Shown here: in pieces, positions 47,307 through 58,556 of the stretch
Layout: each line of letters begins with the position of its first letter
How positions within the stretch are numbered: position 1 is the first letter of the stretch
IMG/VR virus record: IMGVR_UViG_3300013383_000026
Location: 21,954 to 85,953 of that record
DNA from: a virus
Lineage: Duplodnaviria > Caudoviricetes
Length of the DNA: 64,000 nt
Strand: one strand, 5' to 3'
The notes under the pieces: model-generated
What the model was told of the DNA's origin: nothing
Databases searched by the model: none
The model's input: the letters and a program-made list of their open reading frames with translations, nothing else
Made by a program: the position numbers and the translations under genes

Positions 47307-47486
47307 CTACCCTTTTATTCCATTACTTTCTAACCATTTAACAAACTTATTCGTTTTCTTGAACCATAATGTTCCATCTTCACTTTTCCACTCAGGAGGA
47401 AACCCAGATTGATGAGCCAGAAAAGCCTCATTATCATCAAGTATAATATATTTATCAATTTGAGATGGAGTGCCTAATCTAATCAT
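47307..47486 (-). CDS. hypothetical protein (59 aa, absent from track)
   Basis: Hand translation MIRLGTPSQIDKYIILDDNEAFLAHQSGFPPEWK...GIKG*; ATGA overlap with upstream gene. Confidence 0.6.
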   Translation of the reverse strand: MIRLGTPSQIDKYIILDDNEAFLAHQSGFPPEWKSEDGTLWFKKTNKFVKWLESNGIKG

Positions 47487-48004
47487 TTCTCATCTTCTCC
47501 TAAAATCCAAAAATGAGAAATATCGTGGTCAAATTCCATTATCTTATCTTCACCATAATAATCAATCTTATCAGCCATCAGAATTGCCTGTTCAACTAAC
47601 CTATTATATCCAGTCAACAAACCAAGCATATCAGTATAAACATTTATATCATTATTCTCAAATGCTATTTTACATACAGCCATCATAGCCGATTGAAAAT
47701 CAATTATACGATTTTCTATAATGTGGATAATTTCGACCACTTTATCATAATCTTCAAAAGCACTCGGTGTTTCGCCATAAAGTACAGATATATTGTATCT
47801 TTCTAAACACAGACTTCCGATTTCATCACTAAGCCCTGGGAAATAATGGGCAATATTATGATGAATTAAATTAGCCGTTTCATTCATGGCGAACTTAACA
47901 TTTAAAATCGACACAATCCTATCGAGCTTGCGATTCTCAATGAAACATTGTTTAATTAACTCCATGAGAGCATCTTGTGTAGGTTTAGACACTATCATAT
48001 TCAC
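47483..48004 (-). CDS. helical, possibly ferritin-like, hypothetical protein
   Basis: All-alpha pattern with E..H-like residues; context. Confidence 0.4.
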   Translation of the reverse strand: MNMIVSKPTQDALMELIKQCFIENRKLDRIVSILNVKFAMNETANLIHHNIAHYFPGLSDEIGSLCLERYNISVLYGETPSAFEDYDKVVEIIHIIENRIIDFQSAMMAVCKIAFENNDINVYTDMLGLLTGYNRLVEQAILMADKIDYYGEDKIMEFDHDISHFWILGEDEK

Positions 48005-49563
48005 ATTTCCTCATTTCGTTCAGTAGATTCATCTACTATTCCTTCTGATTTAGGGCGTCCAGCATTTTCGCCTCTATCAGTCATTATATTAGTATTAAGA
48101 AGCAAACTAAGTTTATCTTGCATACCGCCCCACTTACCCTCATCAAGTAAATGTTCAAAGTCTATCGGATTATAGCCTAAAACACTAGCCCATGCGGACG
48201 GGCCAAGCACAATGCCCTTATCGGCTACTTTAGTCAGTTTATCGAATCTCGCTTGTCTCTCATGTGGATAGGTAGAACCATCAAAGATAAACTTAAAATG
48301 ATATTTCTTAGTAAGCTTGTTTGCAAAGAACTCCATAAAATTACTAAACTGATAATATAACGGCTTCATGGTATTATAAGTTTCATCCTTAGCCGCCTCA
48401 ATCTCGGCATTACTCATTCTATCAGTTGAATAAATAACACGACTAAGTCCAGTACCCACAGCCGCAGAAGTAGAAAGCTGAGTTTGATACATATCAGTAT
48501 TCTTATCTTCAAACTGATACATATCAAGATTCTTTAAGGGTAATGCGGCCAATCTAATACCATTACTCAATCCAGCTTTAGCCTTGCTCATAAATTGACC
48601 AAGCGTCTTAGGATTAAAAACCATTTGGTCGGCTTGAGTACCAGACTTAGCATTATCAAATGTGGCTATTTCGCCAGCCAATATTGCATATGCCTCTTGT
48701 ACATCTTTACTTCTTTGTAATTGCTCAACCTCATCATTAGTTATGGCATTTTTAAGATAAGGCGCTAAAAACGGCGTAGTATTAAAGTTGCTTGGAGAAA
48801 ATTTGAATACCCAAGCCCCATCCTCAGGTGAAGTCTGCGCCCACATAGCATATGAGCCAACACGCTCGTTGAGAGGATTGGTTGGACGATAATCCATCAT
48901 ACTACTTACCGAATTGCCAAATACTCGATTATAATATTTCTTAAATGCCGGGTCGTAACCATCAATATCTACGCCAGCCTGAAGGAAATACGACATATCA
49001 AAGTCAAACAATAAGCCCTTTTCCCAATAGCCAGTAAGCAAGCATCTATCTTGTGGTAAAGTCTGTAAAGCAAACTTCATGCCCTTATTACCCCATTTAG
49101 TTTTTCTAAACCAAGTGAAATAAGCCTCATGAAGCATTATTTGCTCAACTACCTTACGGAATTCGTATTTATAGTTAAATTTATTTAAGAAATCTTCAAT
49201 GCGTCTTTTATCAGCTAAATATTCATCGGATTGGTAATCGTCCTGAGTAAACGCATTTGTGCATGTCATCTGAAGGTCAAAAGATAAGGCATTTACATAA
49301 GACATAACAGTTCGAGCAAAGAGCATATCATAGAAATTCATATACTCCATATAGCCCTGAATCGTCTCGGCACTATCTTTATAATTCGCTAATGCTTCTC
49401 GAACCTTATCGACAGACGGCGTTTTAGGATTATTGTTTAACCCTTGAAGAGTCGAATTGCTTAGCCACGGTGACCAGTAACCGAATTTATCATAAGCATA
49501 TAAGCCCTCACTAAACTGTACGACAGCATCCACTTGTTCTTTGCTTAATAATTTATCAGCCAA
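48001..49563 (-). CDS. portal protein
   Basis: 520 aa, directly downstream of TerL and upstream of the protease; C-terminal GRPK motif. Confidence 0.75.
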   Translation of the reverse strand: MADKLLSKEQVDAVVQFSEGLYAYDKFGYWSPWLSNSTLQGLNNNPKTPSVDKVREALANYKDSAETIQGYMEYMNFYDMLFARTVMSYVNALSFDLQMTCTNAFTQDDYQSDEYLADKRRIEDFLNKFNYKYEFRKVVEQIMLHEAYFTWFRKTKWGNKGMKFALQTLPQDRCLLTGYWEKGLLFDFDMSYFLQAGVDIDGYDPAFKKYYNRVFGNSVSSMMDYRPTNPLNERVGSYAMWAQTSPEDGAWVFKFSPSNFNTTPFLAPYLKNAITNDEVEQLQRSKDVQEAYAILAGEIATFDNAKSGTQADQMVFNPKTLGQFMSKAKAGLSNGIRLAALPLKNLDMYQFEDKNTDMYQTQLSTSAAVGTGLSRVIYSTDRMSNAEIEAAKDETYNTMKPLYYQFSNFMEFFANKLTKKYHFKFIFDGSTYPHERQARFDKLTKVADKGIVLGPSAWASVLGYNPIDFEHLLDEGKWGGMQDKLSLLLNTNIMTDRGENAGRPKSEGIVDESTERNEEM

Positions 49564-49590
49564 ACTTCAACCTCCTTTCTTGCTTATTTG

Positions 49591-51742
49591 TTACCATATT
49601 AATTGCATATTCTCTATATCATAATCTTCGACATTTTCTTGCCGAGTCCATTCACGTTCAATTAAATCAAATATTAACATACCCATAGCCATAGTAACGA
49701 TTCTATCTCTATGCCCACTACGAGGCGCTGTAAGTTGAATATTATCGTTCTTAATATTCGTTTTAAGATTAACGGCTTCGGTAATTAATTCGTCAGTTTG
49801 GCCATAAGGCAAAATAGCATTAACTATCTGATTAGAATCCATCTTAAAATACTCGCCAGAATCTTCTAATTTGCCTTGAGCGTCAGCCGCGCCTATTAAA
49901 AACTTAACCCTGTTTCTTTCAAGCGCTTGTTTAGTCGATTTCCAATAAGCTGTATTCAAAGAAGCCGAACCAATAATGGGAATAATGCAAGGTAAGCTAT
50001 TTTTGTCTACTATATTATTCCTATAATAATCTATCTTACTTGCATCAGCAACTTGATATACATCTTTATCTGACGGCATTAAGCCACAATTATTTATGCC
50101 AGTACCATATAACCCACTTGTATACGGCTTGCTAAATGAGTGCATAATAGCCTCACCATTACTTCTCGCGTCTGGCACGGCATAATCGGCATCATATAAC
50201 CAGAATAATTCTCTTACTCTATCAGCACAAGCATCAGGGTCATCAGCCGTGGGTAATAATTCAATGTAATCAATATGCCGTTCAAAATAATCTCTCTTCC
50301 AATGCCCAGACATACATATAGCTACACTGCGGTCAGATTCATTACCGCCGCTCTTAGTTTCAGTCCACGCAAAGTCGGCTACCACAAGCCGAACTTCTTT
50401 ATCTTTCTTAGGCTTATTACCTAAATCATTCCCCATAATTATATCTGTTGGGGTGGGTGGTCTAAAGCATTTTTCTAATATTTGATTATTCTTAAACGAT
50501 TCAAGACTAAAGAACGCATCTTCACTATTGCCAACAGCTTCATTGAGATAGTTCATTCTAAACTCAATGTCGCCATTAATTTTCTTGGCTCTTCTATAAT
50601 CTCCCCATGTCTTTAAGTTAGCATCTATACTAACAAAAAAGTCTGAAGCATATACATTATATCTTGTACGCTTATCTATATAATAGCCCGAAACACAATC
50701 TTTCCACGTCTTATACCACCACATAAATTGATAATAAGACGATGTTAGATATATAGCCTTTGATTCTTCAACCCAACGTTTATTCTTAGCATACAAAGGA
50801 TTGCTAAGATAAACAGCTTGACGAGGGAATAGCATACCATCGAATATATCATCAATATCGCCTTTTTTCATAATGGCAACTTCATCATATATAGTAAATG
50901 TACTACGGCTACCCTTAGAACTAGGAACAGGAGCAAGAACTTTTAATGTCGAACCATTTAACGTATTCTTTATAACATAACCATCACCGGGCTTAGTTAC
51001 TTCTATCCATCTATTTTGATAGAAATAAAGTAAATAAGGTGATAATTTAAGTATTATCTCGCCGACGATTTTATCTTCAACAATTTTATTAGCTTGGTCA
51101 GAAGTCGATGCAGTAACAACTATCCAAGAATTTGGATAAAGCATAAGCTTGACTATTGCTGCCAGCGCGGAAATAAAGGTTTTCTTCTTAATCACACAAA
51201 GTGATAGGTAGGCTTTTTATCCTACCTACTTATAGTTATTGAATCCTATAAGAATAGCATACATTTTCGCACATATAACATGGTGTGCGTCCGACACTCG
51301 TGGGAGAATTATATTCCATTAATGGTTTCATCTCCTATGCGTTACGATGCTTATATATGTTACTATATAAGTTATCTCGGTATTACCCTCTAAGTCAATG
51401 GGCCTCCACCGATATTGCCGGATTTCAGAATAAGCTATCCATGTTTTACTTATTCTAAGCAAAATATTATATTTTACTAGTACCTCTACTTGCACGCCAA
51501 AAGAAAACGTCAGAAACCCCAAGTAAATGTAGCGCTTGACGTTGGAAGGGCTTTAACTTAACGCCTAATATTAACTCAGCATAAATATCCCAATTTCGCC
51601 TAAATAGTGTGTCCCATTCAATAATATTTTCTTCTTTTTCGGCCTTTATTAGACCGCCTCTTGACACAGTGCGTCTAAGCTTTTCATTGATAAATTTTTG
51701 TTGAATACCACCCATTTGACTGAGACTATTAGTTTGAGCCAT
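49591..51742 (-). CDS. terL: terminase large subunit, two exons, ~619 aa spliced
   Basis: Exons 51742-51476 and 51183-49591; spliced Walker A ASRGTSKTF; Walker B TIYDE; nuclease VVADFA...HRDR. Confidence 0.85.
51184..51475 (-). mobile_element. ORF-less group I intron in terL with variant P7
   Basis: Canonical ACTAGT|AAAA...AGAAG|AAAACC; P1 CUAGU/GCUUAG; P7 candidate CGTAACGCATAG / GTATGCT. Confidence 0.75.
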
Positions 51743-51747
51743 AATAT

Positions 51748-52608
51748 TTACCTTTCATCACGGGGTATCTCAGGATAGTCGCGTGTTCCTGCGATAGCAT
51801 TCCTAAGACATCTCATCATTTCCGCATTATCACGCTCATGTCCGCACATGTCAACATATTTATCAAGTTCTTCACACTCAGCGGGTTTGGTATATTCAAT
51901 CATAGCTATAGCCTTTTCAAAAGCTATCTGTGCATCACTTTTAGCAACATCTTGAAAATTGTTTAACTTTAATAATGCCAACATATCATTAACAACTTTT
52001 TGAGCCTTTTGTATTTCCCCAATATCACCCGACTCATCGGCCACTCGCTTTTGATACTCAGCCTTACACAAATCTCTATAACGGTTTGTTAGATTCGCAT
52101 CCATATCTAATATATCTTTAGTATATTCGTTAAACCTATCTTCAAGAAAATCGTATGCCTCGGCATATTTATCATCAGGATATTTGCCCCATATTCTATT
52201 CATTAAAGCTAAATCTAACTTAGGGTCAAGAGTTTCTTTATGCTCGTTTAATATATCATCAAGCATAGTATCACTATCCCAAAAGCCATCATATTTCATA
52301 TCGAGCAGATTAAGCTTTTTTACATACAACTCAACTAAATCCGGACGTTTAGCACCTTTTTTAATACTAATCGAAGCGTGATAGGCAGCATCATAAACTT
52401 GTTGGATGAACGGTATACCAAATTCAGCCATTAACAACCAAAATGCACCAACTCGCCCTACCCGCTGCTCATATTTTTCTAACTTAGAAGCACAACATTC
52501 CTTGCAAACAGATACTTTGCGACCTGCTTGCGCGCCATATCCATTAGCAAATTCAGATTGATGTTTTATTGTTCGGCAAGAAGAACATAATATTTCATTA
52601 CTTTTCAT
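51748..52608 (-). CDS. zinc-finger protein, putative terminase small subunit
   Basis: CSSC...CKEC N-terminus; immediately upstream of terL. Confidence 0.5.
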   Translation of the reverse strand: MKSNEILCSSCRTIKHQSEFANGYGAQAGRKVSVCKECCASKLEKYEQRVGRVGAFWLLMAEFGIPFIQQVYDAAYHASISIKKGAKRPDLVELYVKKLNLLDMKYDGFWDSDTMLDDILNEHKETLDPKLDLALMNRIWGKYPDDKYAEAYDFLEDRFNEYTKDILDMDANLTNRYRDLCKAEYQKRVADESGDIGEIQKAQKVVNDMLALLKLNNFQDVAKSDAQIAFEKAIAMIEYTKPAECEELDKYVDMCGHERDNAEMMRCLRNAIAGTRDYPEIPRDER

Positions 52609-52631
52609 TTTATTCCTCTTATTCTATAAAA

Positions 52632-52664
52632 AATCCCTTAGAATTAGCATAATTCTAAGGGATT
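52632..52664. terminator. hairpin/terminator
   Basis: Perfect 14-bp stem AATCCCTTAGAATT / AATTCTAAGGGATT. Confidence 0.65.
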
Positions 52665-52806
52665 CGTTCAATATTCAATTGACATAGTAGTTCACATTGA
52701 GTTGTGCTTACTATGAGATATGCCCAAATGGGCAGACCACCTCCTTTTAATTATGCTTCGGATAAACCAGTGGATAATTCAAAGAACAGTAGCCTCCTTT
52801 CGAATA

Positions 52807-54009
52807 TTATAAATAATATTCTCTACGCCAAGTACGACCTTCATCGGTATAAATACATACAGTCGATGATGGACGCGCGGCTTTTCTTATCTTCTTAGCA
52901 TAAGGGTCAATGCCACATATAGAACCAACTCGCTCTATATGCCTATCGCCAACATCAGTTATGCCACAAGCATTATCTTTGCTGAATGAATGTAAATGGC
53001 CAGCATATACCTCATCGATATCAATATTATACAGATTGCTAAAATATTCCAAGTCTTGAGCTAAATCCTTAGTCACGCCGTGAGTAAACATTACATTCGT
53101 CCCGCGAATATTCTTAACGGCTACTTCAGTATAATCGTCTATATATACATCTGGACAATCTTTAAGCCGTAATTTCATAAATTCTACTACAAGCTTAACA
53201 AGATTCTCTTCCTCGAACTGAGGCTTAGAGCCAAGCGGTCGTGATATATCATGATTGCCGCCGATTGTTACAACATTAATCGGTACATTAAAATCTCTCT
53301 GTACTTCAGCAATCCATTGAGATATAAACTCGGAAAATTTTATAACAGTATCAATAACCGGCTCTCTAAGCTTGGTTAAGCTACCCGGTCTAAGTATATT
53401 CTCAAAACAATCGCCTAATAACGCAATAGTAATATCGTCATATACTATATCGTCTTGTTCAAGCTTATCAAGCAAGCGCCACATACGAGCCTTCATAATA
53501 TCAAAACTATACTTATTAACTGTTTCATCATAAAGCCCTTTTATCTCAAACGTCGAACCGGCATGGAAATCACTTAGGCAAATAAGCCCGGTTGAATCTA
53601 CCTTAGGCAACCCAAGATTATGCGGCACTTTAACCTTAATCGGTTCAAGATTATTTATAGCATCAATTATTCTTTCTTGATAAAGCTCGTTTCTTGCTTG
53701 CCATCTATAGTTTTCTTTAAGCTCTAAATTCTGTTGATGTATCTTCATTCGTTCTCGCTCAAGCTCATCCTTTGCCCGTCTCATCTCGGCCAGCTTATCA
53801 ACATCGTCAATAGAGTTAATTTTTTCTTGATTTAATCTATCTAAGAATCGGCTAAAGAATAACGAGCACCTACGCAATGTTTCATCAGAATAAGGTATCT
53901 CACCTAATACATCTGTAGCCCATTCTTGATAATTTATTGTTCCTAATGCAAGAGCTTGAGTACATCTTTCACAATAATTTATGTAACTCTCTTTTTCTTT
54001 CCTTTGCAT
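52807..54009 (-). CDS. calcineurin-like metallophosphoesterase
   Basis: LSDFHAG, LGDCFE, GGNHD, THG, GHLH motifs. Confidence 0.8.
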   Translation of the reverse strand: MQRKEKESYINYCERCTQALALGTINYQEWATDVLGEIPYSDETLRRCSLFFSRFLDRLNQEKINSIDDVDKLAEMRRAKDELERERMKIHQQNLELKENYRWQARNELYQERIIDAINNLEPIKVKVPHNLGLPKVDSTGLICLSDFHAGSTFEIKGLYDETVNKYSFDIMKARMWRLLDKLEQDDIVYDDITIALLGDCFENILRPGSLTKLREPVIDTVIKFSEFISQWIAEVQRDFNVPINVVTIGGNHDISRPLGSKPQFEEENLVKLVVEFMKLRLKDCPDVYIDDYTEVAVKNIRGTNVMFTHGVTKDLAQDLEYFSNLYNIDIDEVYAGHLHSFSKDNACGITDVGDRHIERVGSICGIDPYAKKIRKAARPSSTVCIYTDEGRTWRREYYL

Positions 54010-54032
54010 TCCTTTTATTCCTTATGGGTTAA

Positions 54033-54353
54033 TTACTTCTTATTAAGCTCCTTAGAAAGGCCAACCATAGCGTCAATCATATCAGACATCTTAGCCTTAG
54101 CTTCATCGTCGTAATTATAACTAATGCTCCGAGCTGCATCAGCCACAGCATCCATAACCCACTCTTTCTTATCTGCGCCATTAGCAAAGTTACCCTCAGC
54201 ACTAATCATAAACTGCATAGCAATCTTGCACAGCTCAGACCAATTCTTTTCCTTGATAACATCCTTAACCGCAACGACCAGCCTAACGACAAGAGGTATG
54301 CAAACAGCCAGTCCGCTAAGAACGCTAACAATAAAATTAAGCCACATTTCCAT
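54033..54353 (-). CDS. holin (LL-H-like family)
   Basis: Single N-terminal TM helix; AE....GADKKEWV...IDAMV..LNKK pattern. Confidence 0.7.
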   Translation of the reverse strand: MEMWLNFIVSVLSGLAVCIPLVVRLVVAVKDVIKEKNWSELCKIAMQFMISAEGNFANGADKKEWVMDAVADAARSISYNYDDEAKAKMSDMIDAMVGLSKELNKK

Positions 54354-54499
54354 ATTTAAGTCATACTCCTTAATATTTTTATTTAACTAATTCAGCAACT
54401 AAATTATGTTGCCTCCCTAATGATACTATAGTTTTAATGAATTAAATCAATAAAACCCCAGTATCATCAATGCTTTGGGCCAAATTTATTTTCAAAGTT

Positions 54500-57400
54500 T
54501 CAGCCATTTTCCCAACGGGCATAAGACGCTTGTTTATTAGCCAAATTCAAACATTCATCAGAACAATACTTGCTATTGCCCTGTACTCTCGGTTTGAATC
54601 TCCTACCACATATCGGACATATCTTACCCTGCCTTTCTTCCAGTTCAGGCAAGTTCCGCTTAATGTTCTCTACTATTTCTTTCCCGAAACAAGCCCATAA
54701 TAATTTTTTATTACTCGACTTCTTAACTGTATAACAATAAGCAACTAAACTATTAACCACATAATCTTTATCGCCCAGATCAAGTATCTTTTCTCTTATC
54801 TGCTGATACATATATAAATCTTCATCATCTATACTTTCATTGGGGTCATAAAATTCATACTTATGTCTCAGCCAATAGTCATACGAATCGAGTATCGGAC
54901 TGCGGCGTATAGTAAAATCAGCATCATGGTTCATTAACATCTGATAATCGAATTGCCGTAAATTTTTATTATATCTAACCATTGGATTCGGTATAACATT
55001 TGATATACGATTCATAGTTGAATTATTTACTTGCTCACATTGAGCCGATTCTTTGTCTTTTGCATAAATAAAAAAATGTGGTACTTTAGCTTTTGTATAT
55101 GATTTAATTTTTTTGTTTATATCTTTTGGCGGTTCAGGCAACCACAACGTTTTGGCATAGTCTATAACCGCATTATTATATAAACACAACCACTTAACCA
55201 CATTTAACTGCTCTTCACCAATGTTACCGCTATTCCATACTTTTGTTATATTATTGCTAATAGGGCCAATATTGCCGCCAGTATAAGCATGACTCATGCC
55301 CTCATATAATGCTTCTGGCGTTATTAAACCGCCCTTGGCTTTTTTGAGTTCATAAGCAAGCGGTCTAATATCTTTCATATTTCTTTTAGCTATGGCAGTT
55401 AATGTCCTGTCTTGTATAACTAAAGATTTATCTCCGTCCACCACTTGGAGTTGCTGACTATATCATAGCCATGCGGTTTCCCGTTTAGGCTCAGTGCGCT
55501 TGGTAAATAGGAATTTCACCTATAAACTACTCCATAAAGGATAGTCGATGCACCTTGCTTTACGCCTTGGCACAGGATTAGACTCACTTTCCCCTGTTAG
55601 CCATTCTTCAAATCATCATTTCCTATGATTCCCAATATGGTAAGAACGACACCCTACATTTATAGGTTCACACTGTTTTATATCCTATTGTTTCCAATAG
55701 GTTCGACATGGACGATTTATCGAACATAAGATAGCGGCTAATTAAATCATGCGTACTTGTATAAATACATTTAGTACAACCGAACCATTTATCTAACTCT
55801 TCTCCACGTTTATTTTTTCTTACAGCCCATTCACGATAAAGATGAGGACTACGCAAACAAGCTAATTCAGCTCCGTCACGATTCAGCCGACTATATACTT
55901 CACCATCGGCCAATAATCCATCAGGATTCTGAATGCCTAAAAATAACCATTCGCAAAAAGCATATAAATCAGGAGCTAAAAACTGATAGCGTCCATTTAC
56001 TACTAATCTACCGCCTTTGGCTTGTTTAACTAAGCTTTTCTTAACTTGTTTTAATATATCTCGATGATAAGCATCTCTAAACAATTCAGGATAGAGCATT
56101 AGCGCCTGTTGAAAATAATTTGGATTTTGATTATAATCCGTAGCACCTAACAATCTCATGGTCGTTTGATAATCATTGCCAACCTTATTTATCTCATCAA
56201 CTGTGCGCCGTGTTATTCGCTCAATCTCATCATCTTTTATATCGCTAAGCGTCTGAAGCATTTGATAATTTATTTTAGCTTTAGGAATAAACGGCTCTTC
56301 GATATTGCAATAACAAGCTTCGCATTGCCATGCTTTGAACTGGGCTTTATAGCAATCCCACGAATCATAAAATTTCCTTTATACCCTCGGTTTCCCGATA
56401 TTTATTAGGGGAGTAGACTATATCATCACCCTTGATAAACAAGGGGCGTGGCACTTCCAAATGAGGAATTTCACCTCATCTGTACTCCTTTTCAGGATAG
56501 TCGTTTAACCTTCCTCCTTAGAGGCTTGGCACAGAGTTGACTTATAATTGATTGATTGTAAAAAGTTATCTATAAGATTTTGTAAGTCTTGATTATATGG
56601 TATTTCAAGCAAAGGAATATTATGTAATTGGCAATATTGTCTTTTTAAAGCGTCTGTTTCTTCTCGTTCAAGCTCACCAATGCCAGTATTCTTATAATGT
56701 TGTATTCCTTGATATTCTATTAAACCAAGAACATCATTGTTATCATCCAATACAGCAAAATCAAACCGCAACCTTCCATTGTTGCTACTTCGCAAATCAC
56801 TATATGTTTTCTGTGTTAAATATCTGATATTGTTATCATTTAAATATTTTCTAACCAATAATTCTCCACGAGATACCACACATCCACAAGACTGCGTATT
56901 CCCATTTAATAAATTCTTACCTATGACATCAATTTCTGTCCCACATTCGCATCTGCAATGCCAAAGTGACTTTTTATCGCCGTTTCCTTGAACTTGAGTT
57001 CCTGCTCTATAAAGGACTGTTAATTTGCCAAATACTTTACCATCTAATTTACTACTAAATCTTTTAGACGCTATTTCCCTTTTAAGACATCCGCAAGATT
57101 GTACTCGTTTCGATATATCTTTATTTGTAAGATTGCTCGTAGAGACGACTACCCTATTACCACATTCACAAACACAATTCCAATGAATATAGCCATTGAC
57201 ACTTCGTTCTTTGTTCTTAGAAATTACTTCCAACCTGCCGAACTTTTTGCCTGTTAAGTCCAAAAAGTCTTTGCTCAAACATCCACATGATTTTGTGCCA
57301 CCGCTCATTAAAGCGCCAGTCGCTATAACTTTAATGCTACCACAATCACATTTACAAATCCACTTTCTGCGACCATTAATTGTAATTGGCTCAATCGCTA

Positions 57401-58556
57401 CAAGTCTCCCGAATCGCTCCCCAGCTATATCAATTCCTTTTATTTTTCTCACCTCCATTCAAATAAAAATATATTCAATCAATTACTTAGTTTTCCCTGT
57501 TAGCGCAGTATAATCTGCACACCCTACATTTGTAGGTTCACCACGTTATTCGATACGTATTACTACGTAAAGGCACCAAATTTAATGCAGTTTGAATTGC
57601 GATTTAGTAAATATATATCGTATGTTTTCTTTTATTATATCGTGTTCTACACCATATATATCTGTAACTATTGCTTCACCATTACAACGTTCTTGAATAA
57701 ATTTGTCGAATGGGAACGTTACTAACAATCCTTTAATAAAAGGCAGTCGACACATTCTAGTTGGGGAATCTAACATCATACCACATCCATCCATGTGAGG
57801 AATAGGTGTGTCCATCCACTTGCGTTCGATTTCGTATGTCACATTGTTAATATAATCAACTTCACCAGCAACATCAGTTTCAAAATCATCAACTACTATC
57901 GACCGATCAATATCAAAATCTTCCCAAACATCAGTGGCAGAATTACAGAGGGCAAGGTAGGCAAGATACTTGTTAGTATTTATACCCCCACGATTATTTA
58001 TCTCTTCGACCGTTAGCCCACACATAATTTTCTGCTGAATAGCTTCATATCTATCCTCTCGAATAAATACGGCTCGTTTAGTGCGAATTTGACCAGCCGA
58101 AGCCGTAAGAAATACATATTTATTGCCGTTATAAATAAAGCCGTCTTTTACTAATGATTCAAATATCTGGAAGAAGAAAACATTGAGAATAAATAAATCT
58201 CGAGTAAGTTCATTTTGCTTAATCTCTAAAGCCCGTGTAAGGCTGCTCTCAAACAGACTAATAATAGCCTTATCTTTAAGCGCATCAGGATTTAATATTC
58301 TTGGCGTCCTATCATTGAGTCTCCTATCAAGAATTTCACTTAATTTATCCTTTTCGGCTTTAATTAATATATTAACCGACTTTTTCCAGAAATCATAATC
58401 GTTAACAATTTCATTTTTAGCTATTAGCTTGGAATCTTTAAGTAGTTTCCGTAAGCTATATAGTTTTAATAGCCGCTTATGTATCTCTTGTTCCTCTGGC
58501 TCATAAAAAGCATCAGTACAAACCGAATACAAAAAACATTGCCGATTAAGGCTCAA
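54500..58556 (-). CDS. YonO-like single-subunit (RdRP-related) DNA-dependent RNA polymerase, three exons, ~856 aa spliced
   Basis: Exons 58556-57585, 56375-55719 and 55441-54500; TASAGQIRTK, HMDGCG, RLPFIKGLL, TKSQFKL|KFYDSW, LRSPHL, catalytic MFD|VDGD. Confidence 0.8.
55442..55718 (-). mobile_element. ORF-less group I intron 2 of RNA polymerase gene
   Basis: Canonical TTCGAT|AAAT...AAGTG|GTGGAC; P1 UUCGAU/GUCGAA; R CATCGACTATC, S GATATAGTCAG. Confidence 0.85.
56376..57584 (-). mobile_element. group I intron 1 of RNA polymerase gene with homing endonuclease
   Basis: Canonical CTGCAT|TAAA...AAAGG|AAATTT; R GTTAAACGACTATC, S GATATAGTCTAC. Confidence 0.85.
56505..57458 (-). CDS. intron-encoded endonuclease (AP2-like/CxCxCG repeats + PD-(D/E)xK domain)
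   Basis: Three G.KFG.L.V...W.C.C.CG...SCGC repeats; LRFDF...LIEYQGIQH...D..K...LLEI. Confidence 0.75.
   Translation of the reverse strand: MEVRKIKGIDIAGERFGRLVAIEPITINGRRKWICKCDCGSIKVIATGALMSGGTKSCGCLSKDFLDLTGKKFGRLEVISKNKERSVNGYIHWNCVCECGNRVVVSTSNLTNKDISKRVQSCGCLKREIASKRFSSKLDGKVFGKLTVLYRAGTQVQGNGDKKSLWHCRCECGTEIDVIGKNLLNGNTQSCGCVVSRGELLVRKYLNDNNIRYLTQKTYSDLRSSNNGRLRFDFAVLDDNNDVLGLIEYQGIQHYKNTGIGELEREETDALKRQYCQLHNIPLLEIPYNQDLQNLIDNFLQSINYKSTLCQASKEEG

Noticed and set aside
24655-58556. Stop-codon reassignment as the cause of fragmented structural genes
   Set aside because: The breaks use TAA, TAG and TGA alike, are followed by hundreds of non-coding bases with group I core motifs, and ordinary genes terminate normally.
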